Shown: one piece after another, positions 56,624 to 60,088 of the stretch
Layout of the letters: every line of letters begins with the position of its first letter
Numbering within the stretch: position 1 is the stretch's first letter
NCBI GenBank assembly: GCA_903887465.1
Contig: CAISPW010000267.1
Span: 1-60,088 of the forward strand
Direction of reading: 5' to 3'
DNA: 60,088 nucleotides
From: an uncultured Oscillochloris sp.
Lineage (GTDB): Bacteria; Chloroflexota; Chloroflexia; Chloroflexales; Chloroflexaceae
The notes under the pieces: model-generated
What the model was told of the DNA's origin: nothing
Seen by the model: the letters and a program-made list of their open reading frames with translations, nothing else
Database searches by the model: none
Translations under genes and position numbers: made by a program

Positions 56624-58024
56624 CTACAGGTCGAACCCGCGATGGATGACCCGCACCGCCTCATCGCCGTCGGCACCAGAGACGACTAGCGAGATGTTGT
56701 TCTCGGTGCTGCCCTGGGCGATGGCAATCACATTGATCCCGGCGGTGCCCATGGCCCCGAAGACCCGCCCGGCGATGCCGGGCGTGCCGCGCATACCCGA
56801 GCCGACCACGGCCACGATCACCACCGACTCCTGCACTTCGATGTGTTCAACATCGTGAACCGAGAAGTCGCCAGCCAGTTCCTTGCGCAGCTCGGCCACC
56901 GCAGCCGGGGCCTCGGCGCGGGGCACCGACAGGCAGACGCTCTGCTCGCTGCTGGCCTGCGAGATCATGAGGATGTTGGCACCGGCGCGGGCCACCGCCC
57001 CGAAGATCCGTGCGGCCACCCCCGCCAGGCCCAGCATCCCCGGCCCGCCCACGGTGATCATGCTCACCTCTTTGATCGCCGTGACCGCGCGGGCCGTGCG
57101 GTCGCCCCGGCCCGCGCCAATCAGCGTGCCGGGGTGCGCCGGGTTGAAGGTGTTGCGGATGCGGATGGGGATGCGCCGCTGCACCAGGGGTTGCACCGTC
57201 TTCGGGTGCAGCACATTGGCCCCGTAGTAGGCCAACTCGGCCATCTCGCTGTACGAGAGCTGGCGCAGTGTGCGGGCCTCGGGCACGACCTTCGGGTTGG
57301 CGGTGAGTACCCCGTCCACCTCCTTCCAGAACCAGACCTCATCGGCGTCGAGGCTGGCCCCGAGGATGGCGCAGGAGTAGTCGCTGCCGCCGCGACCGAG
57401 GGTGGTGGGCACGCCGGCCAGGGTGGCCCCGATGAACCCGGTGACGACCGGCACCGTGCCGGACTCCAGCAAGGGCAGCAGGCGCGCGCGGGAGCGCGCG
57501 GTGGTCTCGTCCATGAGCGGCGAGGCGGCACCGTAGCGGCTATCGGTAACGATCAGGCTGGTGGCGTCGATGGCCTGGGATGGCACGCCGGCCCCGCGCA
57601 GCGCGGCGGCGATCAGGCGGGCATTGATCCGCTCGCCTAAGCCGCTGAACAGGTCGAGCGCCCGTGGCGTCAGTTCGCCTAGCACGGCGATGCTGCGCGA
57701 CAGGTCGCTCAAATAGTCGAGCATAGATCGCAATTCAGGCTCAAGGGCGGCGCACTCGGCGGGCGAGGTCAGCTCGGCGGCGGCGCGCATATGCAACTCA
57801 AGCAGGCGCGGGGCCACCTGCGCCGTGGCGTCGCCGTCGCCGCGCGCCGCCGCCTGGGCGGCGGCGATCAGCGAGTCAGTCGTACGCAGGTCGGGGGCGT
57901 TCATCGCCGACACCACCACCACCGCCTCGTGGTCGCGGTGTGTATCGCTCACAATCGCAGCAACCTGGCGGATCGCGTCGGCGCTGCCGACCGAGGTGCC
58001 GCCAAACTTCATCACAACGCGCAT
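56624..58024 (-). CDS. lysC: Aspartate kinase
   Basis: Motifs VMKFGGTSV, VVSAM, TLGRGGSDYS and DGVLTANP, with two ACT domains. Confidence 0.93.
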   Translation of the reverse strand: MRVVMKFGGTSVGSADAIRQVAAIVSDTHRDHEAVVVVSAMNAPDLRTTDSLIAAAQAAARGDGDATAQVAPRLLELHMRAAAELTSPAECAALEPELRSMLDYLSDLSRSIAVLGELTPRALDLFSGLGERINARLIAAALRGAGVPSQAIDATSLIVTDSRYGAASPLMDETTARSRARLLPLLESGTVPVVTGFIGATLAGVPTTLGRGGSDYSCAILGASLDADEVWFWKEVDGVLTANPKVVPEARTLRQLSYSEMAELAYYGANVLHPKTVQPLVQRRIPIRIRNTFNPAHPGTLIGAGRGDRTARAVTAIKEVSMITVGGPGMLGLAGVAARIFGAVARAGANILMISQASSEQSVCLSVPRAEAPAAVAELRKELAGDFSVHDVEHIEVQESVVIVAVVGSGMRGTPGIAGRVFGAMGTAGINVIAIAQGSTENNISLVVSGADGDEAVRVIHRGFDL

Positions 58025-58037
58025 ACATTCCTCGACC

Positions 58038-58066
58038 GTAGAGACGCCCTGGCGGGGCGTCTCTAC
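58038..58066. repeat. GTAG-type REP palindrome
   Basis: gtagagacgccc-tggcg-gggcgtctctac. Confidence 0.8.
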
Positions 58067-58073
58067 CCTAATG

Positions 58074-59045
58074 TTATGGTACCAACAACACCTTGCCGGC
58101 CGTTGCGCGGCCCTGGAGGGCGCGATGGGCACCGGCGGCGTCAGCCATAGGGAAGCGGTGGTCTACCCGCACGCTCAACGTACCGGCGGCCATCCAGCGG
58201 AACAGGTCTCCCGCGCGCCAGGCCAACTCCTCGGGCGTGACAATGTAGTGCCACAGAGTCGGCCGGGTCAGGAAGAGCGAACCCTTGGTGCTAAGTACCA
58301 GCGGACTGACCGCCGGGACAGGGCCGCTGGAGTTGCCGAATGTCACCATCACGCCCCGTGGGCGCAAGCAGTCCAGGCTGCCCTCCCAGGTGTCCTGGCC
58401 CACCGAATCGTAGACCACATCCACGCCGCGCCCGCCGGTCAGCTCGCGCACACGCGGGGCGAAGGGTTCGTTGCGGTAGAGGATGACATCGCTAGCCCCG
58501 GCGGCGCGGGCCAACGCGGCCTTTTCCGGCGAACCGACGGTGCCGATCACCCGCGCGCCCAGGCCGCTGGCGATCTGCGTCAGCAGCAGGCCGACCCCGC
58601 CGGCCGCCGCGTGAACCAGGCATGTCTCGCCAGCTTTGAGCGGGTAGGTGCTGTAGGCCAGGTAGTGCGCGGTCATGCCCTGGAGCATCACAGCGGCGGC
58701 CAGGTGCAGGTCCACGCCCTCGGGCACCGCCACAAGCTTGTCGGCGGGGGCCAGGGCGCACTCAGCGTAGCCACCCGCGCCCGAGGCGGTGGCCACCCGG
58801 TCGCCCAGGGCGAAGCCGCCCACCCCTGGGCCGAGCGCGTCCACCGTGCCAGCGAACTCGCCGCCGGGGGTGAAGGGCTGCGGCTGCGGGTAGAGCCCAG
58901 TGCGGTGGTAGATCTCGATATAGTTCAGGCCGGCGGCGGCCACCCGCACGCGCACTTGGCCCGGCCCCGGCTCGGGCGTGGGCACATCCTCGTAGCACAT
59001 CACCTCCGGCCCGCCCGTCTCGTGGATGCGGATCGCCTTTATCAT
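58074..59045 (-). CDS. qor: NADPH:quinone oxidoreductase
   Basis: Motifs GGPEV, GMTAHYL, HAAAGGVG, VYDSVG and GNSSG. Confidence 0.92.
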   Translation of the reverse strand: MIKAIRIHETGGPEVMCYEDVPTPEPGPGQVRVRVAAAGLNYIEIYHRTGLYPQPQPFTPGGEFAGTVDALGPGVGGFALGDRVATASGAGGYAECALAPADKLVAVPEGVDLHLAAAVMLQGMTAHYLAYSTYPLKAGETCLVHAAAGGVGLLLTQIASGLGARVIGTVGSPEKAALARAAGASDVILYRNEPFAPRVRELTGGRGVDVVYDSVGQDTWEGSLDCLRPRGVMVTFGNSSGPVPAVSPLVLSTKGSLFLTRPTLWHYIVTPEELAWRAGDLFRWMAAGTLSVRVDHRFPMADAAGAHRALQGRATAGKVLLVP

Positions 59046-59307
59046 TACGCTCCTCTCGAACTTTGCGCCCTTCGTGCCGCCAGATTTGCGCCTTTTGCCC
59101 CATTCCGCGCCTTTCGCGATCACCTTGCGCCCCAGAGAGAACTGTGTCTATACTATAACAGCAATTCGGCTGGCGAAGCCTTCTCCAGAAAAAGCAGAGT
59201 CCCAGGGGCGTGGCGACAGTCCTGGTACAGCCACCCCCGAGAATCATTTCTGATAGCGGCTGACGACTGCGCCGCCAGTCGCTATCAAGAATGAAGGAGA
59301 GCGAACG

Positions 59308-59940
59308 TTGCGTCTTGAAACCAGCTTCCCACCAGACTATTTCAGACGCTACGACGAGAGCGACGACCGCCACTTCTACCTCTACCCCCGCCTCACCGCC
59401 CACATTGACGAGCCGGCATGCCTGGCCGTGGGCCAACTCTTCCGCGAGGAACTGCCGCCCAGTGGCCGAGTTCTCGACCTGATGAGCAGCTACCACAGCC
59501 ACATCCCCGCCGACCTTCCGGTAGACCACCTCGTTGGCCTGGGCCTGAACGAGGATGAGCTGCGCCTCAACCAGCGGCTCGATCAGCACCTCGTCCACGA
59601 CCTCAACGCCACGCCCGCGCTAGGCTTCCCCGACGCCGAGTTCGACGCCGTGGTCTGCACCGTCTCGGTGCAATACCTCACCCGCCCGGTCGAGGTCTTC
59701 GCCGAGGTCGGGCGCGTACTCAGGCCCGGCGCGCCCTTCGTCGTCACCTTCTCCAACCGCTGCTTCCCCAGCAAGGCCGTGCAGATCTGGGTCGGCACCA
59801 GCGACGCCCAGCATATGACGCTGGTGAAACAGTACTTCGCCCGCTCCGCCCGCTTCATCGACATCTGCGGGCGCGACCGCTCGCCCCGCCGCTGGTTGAG
59901 CGACCCGCTCTTCGCCGTGGTGGGCCGGCGGGCGGGCTAA
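59308..59940 (+). CDS. Class I SAM-dependent methyltransferase
   Basis: Motifs RYDESDD..FY..PR, LDLMSS, SVQYL and FSNRCFPSKA. TTG start after AGGAG. Confidence 0.85.
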   Translation: MRLETSFPPDYFRRYDESDDRHFYLYPRLTAHIDEPACLAVGQLFREELPPSGRVLDLMSSYHSHIPADLPVDHLVGLGLNEDELRLNQRLDQHLVHDLNATPALGFPDAEFDAVVCTVSVQYLTRPVEVFAEVGRVLRPGAPFVVTFSNRCFPSKAVQIWVGTSDAQHMTLVKQYFARSARFIDICGRDRSPRRWLSDPLFAVVGRRAG

Positions 59941-60088
59941 CGCCGTCTGGTATCGTTTGCGTTCATAAGAACCATTTAGTTTTGTTGCGTTTCATTGCGT
60001 TTTGTTTCGTTCGCTGACGTTGCGAAATCCATACAAGTGTGCTATGATGAACCCATCACGGCATCGCTGTGGTGTTGTACCTGCACAA

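Noticed and set aside
59941-60088. T-rich degenerate ttgcgtt repeats at the window end
   Set aside because: Too short and degenerate. Probably promoter-proximal DNA (TGCTATGAT) of a gene outside the window.

Overview
GC-rich chromosomal window, probably from a filamentous Chloroflexales bacterium. The taxon is inferred from the YFERARFE repeat domain, a C-terminal YLP motif, tandem Flp pilins and heptamer tandem repeats. The window holds housekeeping genes (pcrA, manA, rsmE, ctpA, lepB, rfbA, argJ-like, rlmI, mutY, rel, cysE, cysS, prmA, lysC, qor) and a ~16.5 kb minus-strand surface-glycan cluster (13492-29965) with a low-GC core. There is also an RsbW/cNMP-PP2C pair. The most interesting observations are: (1) two GT-C-like membrane paralogues, a polyprenol-phosphate-mannose synthase and an orphan DegS-like kinase next to two identical Flp pilin genes missing from the ORF track, a candidate pilin-glycosylation locus; (2) a ~150 nt rod-shaped 6S-like ncRNA candidate between ctpA and lepB; (3) at least six copies of a MITE-like element whose central hairpin covaries between copies; (4) a GTAG-REP element plus a His-rich repeat array inserted in-frame inside one GT-C gene; (5) several heptamer tandem-repeat families, often within hairpins and next to start codons. 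No rRNA, tRNA, CRISPR array or transposase was recognised. All calls were made by eye, without database searches.
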